Origin: Acidobacteriota bacterium
Lineage (GTDB): Bacteria; Acidobacteriota; UBA6911; RPQK01; JAJDTT01
Reading direction: 5' to 3'
Length of the DNA stretch: 64,000 nucleotides
Assembly (NCBI GenBank): GCA_965217775.1
Contig: CBDCJH010000002.1
Span: forward strand, 2,912,001-2,976,000
A model generated the notes under the pieces. It had not been told where the DNA came from and did no database searches. It was given only the letters and a program-made list of their open reading frames with translations. A program made the position numbers and the translations under genes. Below, piece after piece: positions 20,093 through 30,550 of the stretch. The stretch's first letter is position 1; each line of letters begins with the position of its first letter.

Positions 20093-21207
20093 CTCAGTCG
20101 TTTCGGCCGTCGCAATTTCGCCAGTTCCAGATAGAGCCGCTCGGTCTCGTCCAGTTTACGATCCAGAGTGAAATACTCCGCGACCCGCCTGCGCCCGGCT
20201 TCCCTCATTCGGCGTCTCAACGAGGAGGACGAAAGCACCTTGGCCAGCGCCTCAGCCAACTTGTCCGGCCTTCCGGCGGGGACCAGCAGACCCGTACTCC
20301 CGTCCACCACCAGCTCCGGAATTCCGCCGACACGAGTGGCCACGACGGGTAGCGGCCGGGCCATTGCAGCAAGTATGGCGGAGCTGAGCCCCTCCGACAG
20401 CGAGGCCAGGCAGAAGATGTCGAATTCCCGCATCATCGCGTCGCTGTCTTTCCGAAATCCGGTGAACAGGACCCGGTCCGCGACGTCCAGTGCGCGAGCC
20501 CGCTCCTCCAGCATCTGCCTGCGCTCCCCGCCTCCGACAAACACGTACGTCACGTCGGGAAACCTCTCCCGCAACCGGGCCGCGGCCTTCAGCACCGTCA
20601 CGTGTCCCTTCTCCGGGCTCAGATGGGCGACGACACCCACGACAAGCCCTGGTCGCACCGGCAACACCGACGTGGAAGGGTGCCCGTCGATCGACCGCAG
20701 ATCCACCCCTTCATAGATCACCGAGACCCGCACCGGCCGTACGCCGTCCTGAACCAGCGTCCGCTGGATACTTCCGGAGACGGTGACGACCCGGTCGAGG
20801 AGCCAGTTGTACTTGATGCGGCTGAACCGGGAGCGCAGCGGAAAGTTGACTCGGCGCGAAGCGACCAGAATGGGAACTCCGGAGATCCAAGCCGCCAGTT
20901 TGCCCGCCAGTACCGGGCGGGGCGTATTGTAGTGGAGCACGTCCACCGTACCGGACCCCATAATCCGTGCCAGGCTCCAGGCTGCCGGAAGACTCAGTTC
21001 ACTCCGTTGGGTAAAACCGTGGGTAGTGATGCCCACCTCGTGAGCCCGGATTGCCAGCGGGCTCCGGGCCGGCGCCGCCAACTCCACGCCGTAGCCCCGT
21101 TTCCGGATTCCCGCCATCAGACTGAAGAGCTGCTCCTGGCCTCCCCGCCAGAAGCTCTCGGTATCCACGTAGAGGATCCTCAATGGACGCTTCACGCTAT
21201 CCGTCAC
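20089..21207 (-). CDS. Glycosyltransferase family 4
   Basis: WRGGQEQ, HLSPEKGH, SLSEGLSSAILAAMA, VATRVGGIPELV. Confidence 0.92.
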   Translation of the reverse strand: MTDSVKRPLRILYVDTESFWRGGQEQLFSLMAGIRKRGYGVELAAPARSPLAIRAHEVGITTHGFTQRSELSLPAAWSLARIMGSGTVDVLHYNTPRPVLAGKLAAWISGVPILVASRRVNFPLRSRFSRIKYNWLLDRVVTVSGSIQRTLVQDGVRPVRVSVIYEGVDLRSIDGHPSTSVLPVRPGLVVGVVAHLSPEKGHVTVLKAAARLRERFPDVTYVFVGGGERRQMLEERARALDVADRVLFTGFRKDSDAMMREFDIFCLASLSEGLSSAILAAMARPLPVVATRVGGIPELVVDGSTGLLVPAGRPDKLAEALAKVLSSSSLRRRMREAGRRRVAEYFTLDRKLDETERLYLELAKLRRPKRLS

Positions 21208-21353
21208 CCGCCCGTTTCGGATCTCCTGAGGCCAGGAGTCTGCGCGGTAGAAATGATCGTAGCGAGAAAGTGGGGAATCGAGGCCGGATTTTCTCGATTT
21301 GGAGGTGCATAGTTGTTCTATTCGCCGAGAAATCGAGGAAATATGGACCGATT

Positions 21354-22136
21354 CTACCGCTTTCGCAGTAGATCAATTTCTGCCGCGCAGGCTCCTAGCT
21401 CCCACAGCTTGAGATACTTGAAGAAAGTGGACACGGCGGAGAGGGCCGACACGGCCAGCCCGGGAACGCCGTCCTGAAAACCCCGGTGAAGAACGTAATT
21501 GCGCAGGAATACCAGAGGGGGATACAACAACAGTTTCACCGGTCCGGCCCGGACGCCCGAATCGAAATAGTCGGCCGCCGCCAAGTTGGTGAACCGCTCC
21601 AACTGTTGCAGATACTCGCTCAGGGAAGCGTAGGTGTAGTGGTGCAGATCCCCCGGAAGACGGCCGGTGGGCCCTTTGACCCGGAAGGACTCGTGCACCC
21701 GTCCTCCCTCCCACTGTCCCGCGGACCGGCGAAAGAGTCTCATCTGCCAATCGGGATACCAGGTCGTGTGCTCGATCCATCGCCCCAGGAAGAAGGTCTT
21801 GCGGCGGAGGTAATATCCGTCGATTCCGGCATCCTTCCCGGACTTCCAGCGGTGCACTTCCGCCTGCAGCTCCGGACTCAGAACTTCGTCCGCGTCCAGG
21901 CTCAGGACCCAGTCGAAGGAGGCTTGATGCGTCGCAAACTGCTTCTGGTCGCGGTAGCCGGGCCACCTGCGTTGGAGAAATCGATCCGTATAACGGCGGC
22001 AGATCGCTTCGGTCCCGTCTGAGCTGAAGGAGTCCACCACCACGATCTCGTCGCTCACGGCCCGAAGGCTGCTCAGGGCAGCATCGATCTTCTCCTCCTC
22101 GTTGTAGCTGATGACGACGCCGGAGAGCTTTTTCAA
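21354..22136 (-). CDS. Glycosyltransferase family 2 (KdtX/WaaE-like)
   Basis: SYNEE, VDSFSSDGT, LSLDADE, WYPDWQMRLF, VHE. Confidence 0.92.
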   Translation of the reverse strand: MKKLSGVVISYNEEEKIDAALSSLRAVSDEIVVVDSFSSDGTEAICRRYTDRFLQRRWPGYRDQKQFATHQASFDWVLSLDADEVLSPELQAEVHRWKSGKDAGIDGYYLRRKTFFLGRWIEHTTWYPDWQMRLFRRSAGQWEGGRVHESFRVKGPTGRLPGDLHHYTYASLSEYLQQLERFTNLAAADYFDSGVRAGPVKLLLYPPLVFLRNYVLHRGFQDGVPGLAVSALSAVSTFFKYLKLWELGACAAEIDLLRKR

Positions 22137-22191
22137 GAGACTCGCCCCATCCAGATCACTTGATGTTGAGCCGAAAGCCCGGACATGGAGT

Positions 22192-23286
22192 TCAGATCAT
22201 ACAACCGAACCGGCCGGGACGAGAGGAGTCGGCCTCGACGGCGGGAGCCTTTTCCAGACCCGGATGTTCCGCTCGGACCTGGTTGCTGCTCCGATACACT
22301 CGAATCGGGGCGGTTCGATAGAAGGAGCTCAGGATTCCGGAGATCTCCGCATCGGACCGCCGCGCCCGGTCCCGCTCCCGTCGCCGCATCCGCCTCACTT
22401 TGGAAATCCGGGAGAGCGCCCCCAGGAAGGAACGGTAGAAGGTTCCGTCGAGCACCAGGAACCGAGTCAGCAGGAGGCCTGCGAGTCCCACCAGGTGGCG
22501 AATCCAGTAGCCGGTGGAGTGGAGGTTGATCCAGTGGAAGAGGAGCCGATTCCGCACCGCGACGGTCTCGACCCTTCGAGGCCGGAATCGGCTCCCGATG
22601 GTGGCGCTGATCCGGTGGTAGGCGACGCTGTTGGGTTCGTAGTGGATCTTCCACCCACGCTTCCATCCGCGGTAGGAAAGGTCGACGTCCTCCCAATGGA
22701 AGGGGGAAAGGAGGGTGTTGAAACCTCCCAGCTCCCGGAGTTTCCGGCGGTCGTAGGTGGCGAACCCGCCGACCGCATAGGCCGATAGCCACCGGCGGCC
22801 CTCAATTTCCGCTCCGGCGCAGTCCGGGTCCACGTCATAATTCAGGTAGACGCTCCAGAACCCTCGCCGGAAACGGCCGAACCGCCCTCCCGCCGTGAAC
22901 TCGTCTCCGTCCCAGGAGAAGACCCGGGCCGTGACCGCCAGCACCTCCGGGTCCTGAAAATGCGGGGCCTGGTACAGCAGGTAATCGGGCTCCACCTTCA
23001 CGTCGTTGTTCAGGAGAGCCACCAGCGGATAACCCGCGTGCTCGAATCCGAGATTGCAGGTCGGCGCGAATCCTCGATTCGAGGGGGACTCGATCAGACG
23101 GACCCGGGGAAACTCGGCGGTCAGGACTTCCCGGGTCTCGTCTTCACTGCCGTCATCAACCACCAGGATCTCGGTCCGGCAATGGCTCTCGCGACGGTAG
23201 AATTCGGCAGCCGCGCACACCGAGGGCAGAGTCTCCCGCAACAAGGCGAGTCCGTTCCAGGTCGGGATGACGATGCTCAGGTCCAT
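22192..23286 (-). CDS. Glycosyltransferase family 2 (rhamnosyltransferase-like)
   Basis: SIVIPTWNG, VVDDGSED, NRGFAPTCNLG, LLNND, WEDVDLSYR. Confidence 0.9.
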   Translation of the reverse strand: MDLSIVIPTWNGLALLRETLPSVCAAAEFYRRESHCRTEILVVDDGSEDETREVLTAEFPRVRLIESPSNRGFAPTCNLGFEHAGYPLVALLNNDVKVEPDYLLYQAPHFQDPEVLAVTARVFSWDGDEFTAGGRFGRFRRGFWSVYLNYDVDPDCAGAEIEGRRWLSAYAVGGFATYDRRKLRELGGFNTLLSPFHWEDVDLSYRGWKRGWKIHYEPNSVAYHRISATIGSRFRPRRVETVAVRNRLLFHWINLHSTGYWIRHLVGLAGLLLTRFLVLDGTFYRSFLGALSRISKVRRMRRRERDRARRSDAEISGILSSFYRTAPIRVYRSSNQVRAEHPGLEKAPAVEADSSRPGRFGCMI

Positions 23287-23300
23287 GGGCAGACTCCAGA

Positions 23301-24836
23301 CTAGATCAACAGGGATCTGCCGGTCATTTCCTCCGGCTGCGGCAAGTCCAGATATTGCAGCAGCGTGGGGGCCACATCCTCCAGAGCTCCCCCCGGCCTC
23401 AACGCCGACCGGTTTTGAGGATCGACCAGAATGAACGGCACCGGGTGACTGGTGTGCGCCGTATGAGGCTGACCCGTCTTGGCGTCTACCATCAGCTCGG
23501 CATTTCCATGGTCTGCCGTGACCGCCATGATGCCCCCGGTGTTCCGGATCTTTCGGTAGATTCGGCCCAGGCAGGAGTCCACGGCCTCCACCGCCTGGAC
23601 GGTGGCCGCCATGTCTCCCGTGTGTCCCACCATGTCGACGTTGGCAAAATTGACCACCATGGCCGGAAAGACGCCGCGGTCCAACTCGGAGAGCAACCGG
23701 TCCGTGATCCCGGCGGCACTCATCCAAGGTTGGAGATCGTACGTGGCCACCTTCGGAGACGGGATCAGAACCCTGGTCTCGCCTGCCGGAGGGTCCTCTG
23801 CTCCCCCGTTGAAGAAATAGGTGACGTGGGCGTACTTTTCCGTCTCCGCCAGCCGCAGGTTGGCAACGCCATGGGAACTCAAGAGCCTGGCCAGCGTGCG
23901 CCGAACGGGAACGTAGGGGAAGGCCGCCGGCAGCGCCCAGTCGAGACGATACCGGGTCATGGTGAGAAAGTGAGCCATGGGCTCCCGGCTCCGGGGAAAG
24001 GCCCGGAAATCGGCTCCCGTCAGCGAGTGTGTGAGTTGGCGAGCCCGGTCGGCACGGAAGTTGAAGAAAATGGCCGCGTGATCGGGATCGATCGGCCCCA
24101 CCGGACGGCCGAGGGAATCCACAACCGAAAATGGGTCCACGAACTCATCGTAGACCCCGTTTCGATACGACTCCTCCACACCCTGAATCGGATTCCGCCA
24201 ACCTCGTCCTCCTCGACCCTCGACCATGCATCGGTAGGCCTTCTCCACCCGGTCCCAGCGGTTGTCGCGATCCATGGCGTAGTAGCGGCCACCGACCGAA
24301 GCCAATCCTCCCGTTCCCAGTTTCCTGGTTTCTTCCTGCAGCCGCTCCAGAAATCGCGCTCCACCGGTGGGACTCGCATCCCTCCCATCCAGGATGGCAT
24401 GGATCCACACCTTCTCGGCATGCTCGTTCCTGGCCAGCCGCAGCAACGCCAGCAGGTGGCGGATGTGGCTGTGCACCCCGCCGTCGGAAACCAGCCCGAT
24501 CAGGTGAAGCGCCGTGTGGCGAGCCCTTTCCATGACGGGTCGCAGGCTCGAGTTGCCGTCGAAACGTCCGGTTTCTATGGCGTGATCGATTCGGGTCAGA
24601 TCCTGCGGGACAACCCGCCCGGCCCCCAGATTCAAATGGCCGACCTCGCTGTTGCCCATCTGGCCCCGGGGCAGGCCGACACGTCCGCCACTGGCCGCCA
24701 AGCGGGTCCAGGCGTAGCGCGAGTAGAGGCTCTCCATGGTGGGGAGTCGGGCCTGGGCAATGGCATTCCCTTCCCGACCGTCTCGCAATCCCCAACCATC
24801 CAGGACGGCCAGAAGGACCACGGGGGGTGTCGACAT
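23301..24836 (-). CDS. gpmI: 2,3-bisphosphoglycerate-independent phosphoglycerate mutase
   Basis: LDGWG, MGNSEVGHLNLGAGR, SDGGVHSH, AETEKYAHVT, DMVGHTG, TADHGNAE. Confidence 0.96.
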   Translation of the reverse strand: MSTPPVVLLAVLDGWGLRDGREGNAIAQARLPTMESLYSRYAWTRLAASGGRVGLPRGQMGNSEVGHLNLGAGRVVPQDLTRIDHAIETGRFDGNSSLRPVMERARHTALHLIGLVSDGGVHSHIRHLLALLRLARNEHAEKVWIHAILDGRDASPTGGARFLERLQEETRKLGTGGLASVGGRYYAMDRDNRWDRVEKAYRCMVEGRGGRGWRNPIQGVEESYRNGVYDEFVDPFSVVDSLGRPVGPIDPDHAAIFFNFRADRARQLTHSLTGADFRAFPRSREPMAHFLTMTRYRLDWALPAAFPYVPVRRTLARLLSSHGVANLRLAETEKYAHVTYFFNGGAEDPPAGETRVLIPSPKVATYDLQPWMSAAGITDRLLSELDRGVFPAMVVNFANVDMVGHTGDMAATVQAVEAVDSCLGRIYRKIRNTGGIMAVTADHGNAELMVDAKTGQPHTAHTSHPVPFILVDPQNRSALRPGGALEDVAPTLLQYLDLPQPEEMTGRSLLI

Positions 24837-24876
24837 GATTCAGCGCGGCAAAAACAGGGTCAAACAGTGGTTCTCG

Positions 24877-26163
<1,287 letters not shown>

Positions 26164-26186
26164 TCACACGAAACGGGCGGGGGAGG

Positions 26187-27164
26187 TTATCTTCGCTCCT
26201 TCTGCCTTCGAATTCGTTCCTGGACCCGCTCGATGCTCGCCTGGATCTCACCATCCTGGCTGAGGCTGTGAGCTTTCTTGTAGTTTTCCAGAGCCTCCGA
26301 ATACTGGTCATTCATTTCGTAGGTGTAACCGAGCCGGTTGAATGTCTCCCAGTGATCCGGGGCGATTTCCTTGCTCTTCAAAAAGGCTTCCTGTGCCGCC
26401 AGAAGATGTTCGGAGAAGAGATGAGCGATCCCCAGATTGAACCAGGCATCGCCGTCTTCCGGTTGTTCCTTCAGGTATTCGCCCAAGCTGGTGATCGCTT
26501 CCGAATAGTTCCCCTGTTCAAGGGCCGCAACGCCCCGGTAATAGACGATGCGCGAGAGGTGGTTCCGGGCTTCGGCGGAGTTTGGATTCAGCCCGGCGGC
26601 CTGTTTCAAGAATCCCTCGGCCAGTGCGTAGCTCTGCTTCCTGTAATGGGCCAATCCGAGTTGGAGCACGTCGTCAAACTGGCCCCTGCGGATCGAGACG
26701 GCCCTCTCCAGATCCGAGATGGCCCGGTCATACATGGCCAGATTGAAGTAGGCACTTCCTCGCGTGTGGTGCAGTTGGTAGCGATCCGCAGGCGACTTGG
26801 CAAACGCCTCCGCTTTTTCAAGCGCCGCTACGGCTTCCTGAAAATTGCCCGTGTTGTAGTAGGCGATCCCCAGACCCTGATGCGAGGCATAGACGTCGTC
26901 TTTGAGTTCCAGCGCCTTCTTGAAGGAGTCGATGGCCTCTGCCGCCCGATCGGTCTTCAGGTAAGAGATCCCGAGAATCCGGTGACCACTTTCATAGTCG
27001 GAGTGTTCCTCGACGATCGCCTCGAACTCTGCAATGGCCTTGTCGTACTGCCCCTGCTTGTAGAAGGAGATCCCTTTCCCGAAGTCTCCCTGACCCCACA
27101 GCAGACAAGTGCCGAGCAGCAGTGCCAGCACTCCGATTCGGCCATGGCGACGTCCGGGCGGCAT
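26187..27164 (-). CDS. Secreted multi-TPR protein
   Basis: Hydrophobic signal region followed by about 8 TPR-like repeats; an alternative TTG start lies at 27170. Confidence 0.85.
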   Translation of the reverse strand: MPPGRRHGRIGVLALLLGTCLLWGQGDFGKGISFYKQGQYDKAIAEFEAIVEEHSDYESGHRILGISYLKTDRAAEAIDSFKKALELKDDVYASHQGLGIAYYNTGNFQEAVAALEKAEAFAKSPADRYQLHHTRGSAYFNLAMYDRAISDLERAVSIRRGQFDDVLQLGLAHYRKQSYALAEGFLKQAAGLNPNSAEARNHLSRIVYYRGVAALEQGNYSEAITSLGEYLKEQPEDGDAWFNLGIAHLFSEHLLAAQEAFLKSKEIAPDHWETFNRLGYTYEMNDQYSEALENYKKAHSLSQDGEIQASIERVQERIRRQKERR

Positions 27165-27183
27165 GGTCAACCGTTCATCGGCC

Positions 27184-27621
27184 TCACTCGAAAATGCCGA
27201 ACGCCTTCCAGCGCTCGACTTCGGACTCCGTAGGAACCGAGATGTTCTTGACCTCCATCTGCCTCAAGAGGTCGAAAACTTCGATCATGACCCGATAAGG
27301 AACATGTCCCTGCGTCTGAATGATCACGGGTTTGCTGGGATTCTGCCCCATCTTCGCTTCCACATAGCTGGCCATCGCACCCAGCGACATGGGCGTCTTG
27401 TCCACCAGGTATTGCTGTTCACCCGTGATCTTGATGTGGACGGCTTCCTCGGGCTGGACGTCCAGCCGGGTCGGATCCTCCTTGGGGAATGCGAACTGAA
27501 GCCCCCGGTTGGTAGTAAAGACCGCCGTCAACATGAAGAAGATGATCAACAGAAAGGCGATGTCGGCCATGGAGGAGGTGGGGATCTCGGGGCTCCGCTG
27601 GAGACGGCTTCGGAACTTCAT
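27184..27621 (-). CDS. exbD: Biopolymer transport protein ExbD/TolR
   Basis: SMADIAFLLIIFFMLT transmembrane segment with the conserved Asp. Confidence 0.9.
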   Translation of the reverse strand: MKFRSRLQRSPEIPTSSMADIAFLLIIFFMLTAVFTTNRGLQFAFPKEDPTRLDVQPEEAVHIKITGEQQYLVDKTPMSLGAMASYVEAKMGQNPSKPVIIQTQGHVPYRVMIEVFDLLRQMEVKNISVPTESEVERWKAFGIFE

Positions 27622-28056
27622 TCAACCCGATTCCTTTGGCTTTCGCTCCGTGAGGAGGCCGATCCGGCGCGCGCCGTTGCTCCGCAACTGCTCCAGGACG
27701 CCGTCCACCAATTGATATTGGACATCCCGGTCCGCCTTGATCAGGAATTCCTTCCCCGGAATCGCGGTTACCAGCGCTTTCACGTATTGACCCAACTCGG
27801 CGACACTCGCCAGCGGGAACGCGGGTTGCTCACCATCGGTGAAACTGACCTCGCCCCGGGATGAGATCGCAACGATGGCCGCATCCTTGGACACTTCCGT
27901 CCGGATCCCCGACTCGGGCAAGCTCACCGAGGTCCGTTCCGGAGAAAAGGAAGTCGTCAACATGAAGAAAATAATGAGGAGGAAGGCGATATCCGCCATG
28001 GATGCCGTCGGAATCCGGGGAACCACGGATACGGATGCTTCCCGTCTCAGCTTCAT
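27622..28056 (-). CDS. exbD: Biopolymer transport protein ExbD/TolR
   Basis: SMADIAFLLIIFFMLT, IKADRDVQY. Confidence 0.9.
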   Translation of the reverse strand: MKLRREASVSVVPRIPTASMADIAFLLIIFFMLTTSFSPERTSVSLPESGIRTEVSKDAAIVAISSRGEVSFTDGEQPAFPLASVAELGQYVKALVTAIPGKEFLIKADRDVQYQLVDGVLEQLRSNGARRIGLLTERKPKESG

Positions 28057-28736
28057 CAGGAATCACTCGGAACTGCTTCCGTCAACTGGTCTCTTGTGCC
28101 CTGCCTCTCCTCCAACTCGTTGAACGTCTCCAACAGCATGGAAGAACTGGTCTCCATGTCCAGACCCAGGATTGAGACCCGGTTGCTGAAGTAGTTGAAT
28201 GCGGCCTGGACCGGGAGGGCGACGATGAGACCCGTCGCCGTGGTCACCAGAGCCTCGGCGATGCCTCCTGCCACCGCCTGCGGGTTCCCGAGACCGACCT
28301 CCGCCAACGCCTCAAACGACGCGATCATACCGGTGACGGTTCCCAGGAATCCGAACAATGGAGCAATGTTGGCCACCGTTCCCAGGATCCAGAGCCCCTT
28401 TTCCAGATTGGAAACCTCGTGGAGAGCCACGCTCTCCATTGCCTTCTCGATCTCGTAGTGCGGCTTTCCGTACCGGAGCAGACCCGACTTCAGAGTGCTG
28501 GCGACGGGGTGAGTATAGGACTCGCAAACCTCCAGGGAGCGGCGAAGATCCCCATCGAGCAATGCCTGGCGGACTGAGGAAAAGATGTCCGCCGTGGTTC
28601 CTTGAACCCGGTAGTACGTGATCATCCGTTCGATGATAAATACCAACGCGAGTATCGAACAGAGAAGGAGGGCGTACATCATGGGACCGCCCTGCTGGAA
28701 ATAACTCCACAGGGTCCCCCCGATCACTACTACCAC
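28056..28736 (-). CDS. exbB: MotA/TolQ/ExbB proton channel protein
   Basis: APLFGFLGTVTGMI, GGIAEALVTTATGL; AGGAGG RBS. Confidence 0.92.
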   Translation of the reverse strand: MVVVIGGTLWSYFQQGGPMMYALLLCSILALVFIIERMITYYRVQGTTADIFSSVRQALLDGDLRRSLEVCESYTHPVASTLKSGLLRYGKPHYEIEKAMESVALHEVSNLEKGLWILGTVANIAPLFGFLGTVTGMIASFEALAEVGLGNPQAVAGGIAEALVTTATGLIVALPVQAAFNYFSNRVSILGLDMETSSSMLLETFNELEERQGTRDQLTEAVPSDS

Positions 28737-28904
28737 TGTCCTGTCCTCCTATTTTCCGACCAACAAAATGATGTGCTGAGTAAATTAGACTGCAAAAGTC
28801 GGTGGAAGTATCAATCCAGCTCGAAGAGCCTGGCATCCGACCCCGTGGCATTCGTAAGGAGAAGTCATGATAGCCCCGCCTCGCCGGGCAAGTCAAACCG
28901 GCAC

Positions 28905-29042
28905 CTGGCCCGCATTTCTCACCAGGGGGCGTGACGAGCGCGCAGTCTGTCCCGGAGAAACCTTGGCAAATTCCGCGTAAATACTCAAAAACAGATTATT
29001 TTTCATCATACGCGTAGCGACCTGGTGAGAAATGCGGGCTAG
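28905..29042. mobile_element. Family C MITE (138 bp, AT-rich core)
   Basis: CTGG-CCCGCATTTCTCACCAGG ... CCTGGTGAGAAATGCGGG-CTAG; perfect 19-bp inverted repeat (GCCCGCATTTCTCACCAGG). Confidence 0.75.
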
Positions 29043-29048
29043 GGTCAC

Positions 29049-29135
29049 CGTGGGTGCCCGCTGTCGCCCGTCACTGATCGGCCCGGGGAGGGTGACCACA
29101 AGGGGAGGGCGACCACGCACAAGGGTCGCCCCGAC
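29049..29135. repeat. Family B REP / inverted REP pair (BIME-like)
   Basis: GTGGGTGCCCGCTGTCG...TCACTGATCGGCCCGGGGA matches 11509-11548; GGGCGACCAC...AAGGGTCGCCCCGAC is an inverted, imperfect copy of the REP at 62845. Confidence 0.65.
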
Positions 29136-29162
29136 GTGGGGAGTAGTACGGATCTGAAGAAT

Positions 29163-30550
29163 TCAGGAGGGGATTTTGACCTGCAGACGTTTCAATTTGG
29201 CATTGAGGGTGGTCGGTTTGACCTTGAGAAGACTGGCGGCCTTCCTCTGGTTCCAATTGGCCCGTTCCAGCGCCAACAGAATCAGATTTCGCTCAAATTC
29301 AAGCACCAGTTCCCTGAGGGAACCGTTCTGGGATTGCGCCGGAATTCCATCCAGCCGGCCCGAGGTCGAATCCAGGATTTCCTGGGGAAGCAGATCGGAT
29401 CGGATGCTTCTGCTGGTCCCCGAAAGAACCACTGCGCGTTCGATGGCGTTCTCCAATTCCCTGACGTTTCCGGGCCAGTCGTAGTTCATCAAGACCCTGA
29501 GCGCTTCCTGGTCGATGGAATTCAACGTCTTTCCGTTCTCGCGGCTGAAGCGGGTCAGGAAATGGTGGGCCAGCAGAGGGATATCATCCTTCCGATCGCG
29601 CAACGGCGCCACGTCCAGAGTGATGACCTTGAGACGGTAGTAGAGGTCCTCGCGGAATCGGCCATCCCTGACCGCCCGCTTCAGGTCCACGTTGGTGGCG
29701 GCCACGATTCTCACGTCGACCTTGATGTTCCGTACGCACCCACCGGACGGAATTCCCTCTCCTGTAGAACCCGCAACAGCTTGGCCTGGGTCTGCACCGG
29801 GACGGTACCGATCTCGTCCAGGAAAATGGTGCCCCCATGAGCGATTTCGAACAGTCCCTTCTTGGTGGCCGTGGCCCCGGTAAATGCCCCCCTCACGTGG
29901 CCGAAGAGCTCACTTTCCAAGAGGTCGGAGGGAATCGAGCCGCTGTTGACCGGGACGAAGGACCGGTCGCGCCGGGGACTCAGTTTGTGAATGGCCTTGG
30001 CGACCAGTTCCTTTCCGGTACCGCTCTCTCCCATGATCAGAATCGTACTTCGGCCCGGACCTACCTGGGTAATGAGGTCCGTGACCCGACGGATCGGTTC
30101 GCTCTTACCGACGATGTTCTGGAAGTGACCCTGGCGGTGGTGGAGACTGGACTTGAGCTGGCGATTCTCCAATTCGAGGCGGCGCTGCCGGATGCCGTTC
30201 TTGATGACCAACAGCAACTCTTCGTTGCGAAACGGTTTGGTCACGAAGTCGAACGCTCCCAGCCGGGTCGCCTGCACTGCGTTCTCGATGGACGCATAGG
30301 CCGTGACCATGATGACGGCCAGGTCAGGATCCAGGTCGAGGATCTTCTCCAACGTCTCGAGACCGCCGATGCCCGGCAGCATCAGGTCCAGGAGCACCAG
30401 GTCCACCGGTTCCCGTCGAATCAGCTCGAGCCCCTCCTCTCCCGAGGAAGCGAGGAGAACCCGGTGGCCGCCGCCGGCGACGACTCGCGAGAAGACCTCT
30501 CGCATGATCTCTTCGTCGTCGATGATCAATACCGAAGACCGCGATGTCAT
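29163..30550 (-). pseudogene. Sigma54-dependent response regulator (REC-AAA-HTH_8), frameshifted near 29730
   Basis: REC, GESGTGKE, GAFTGA and FLDEI lie in ORF 29711-30550; [23 protein letters not shown] and the HTH lie in the next frame. A single base appears missing at TAC GG AAC ATC. Confidence 0.8.
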
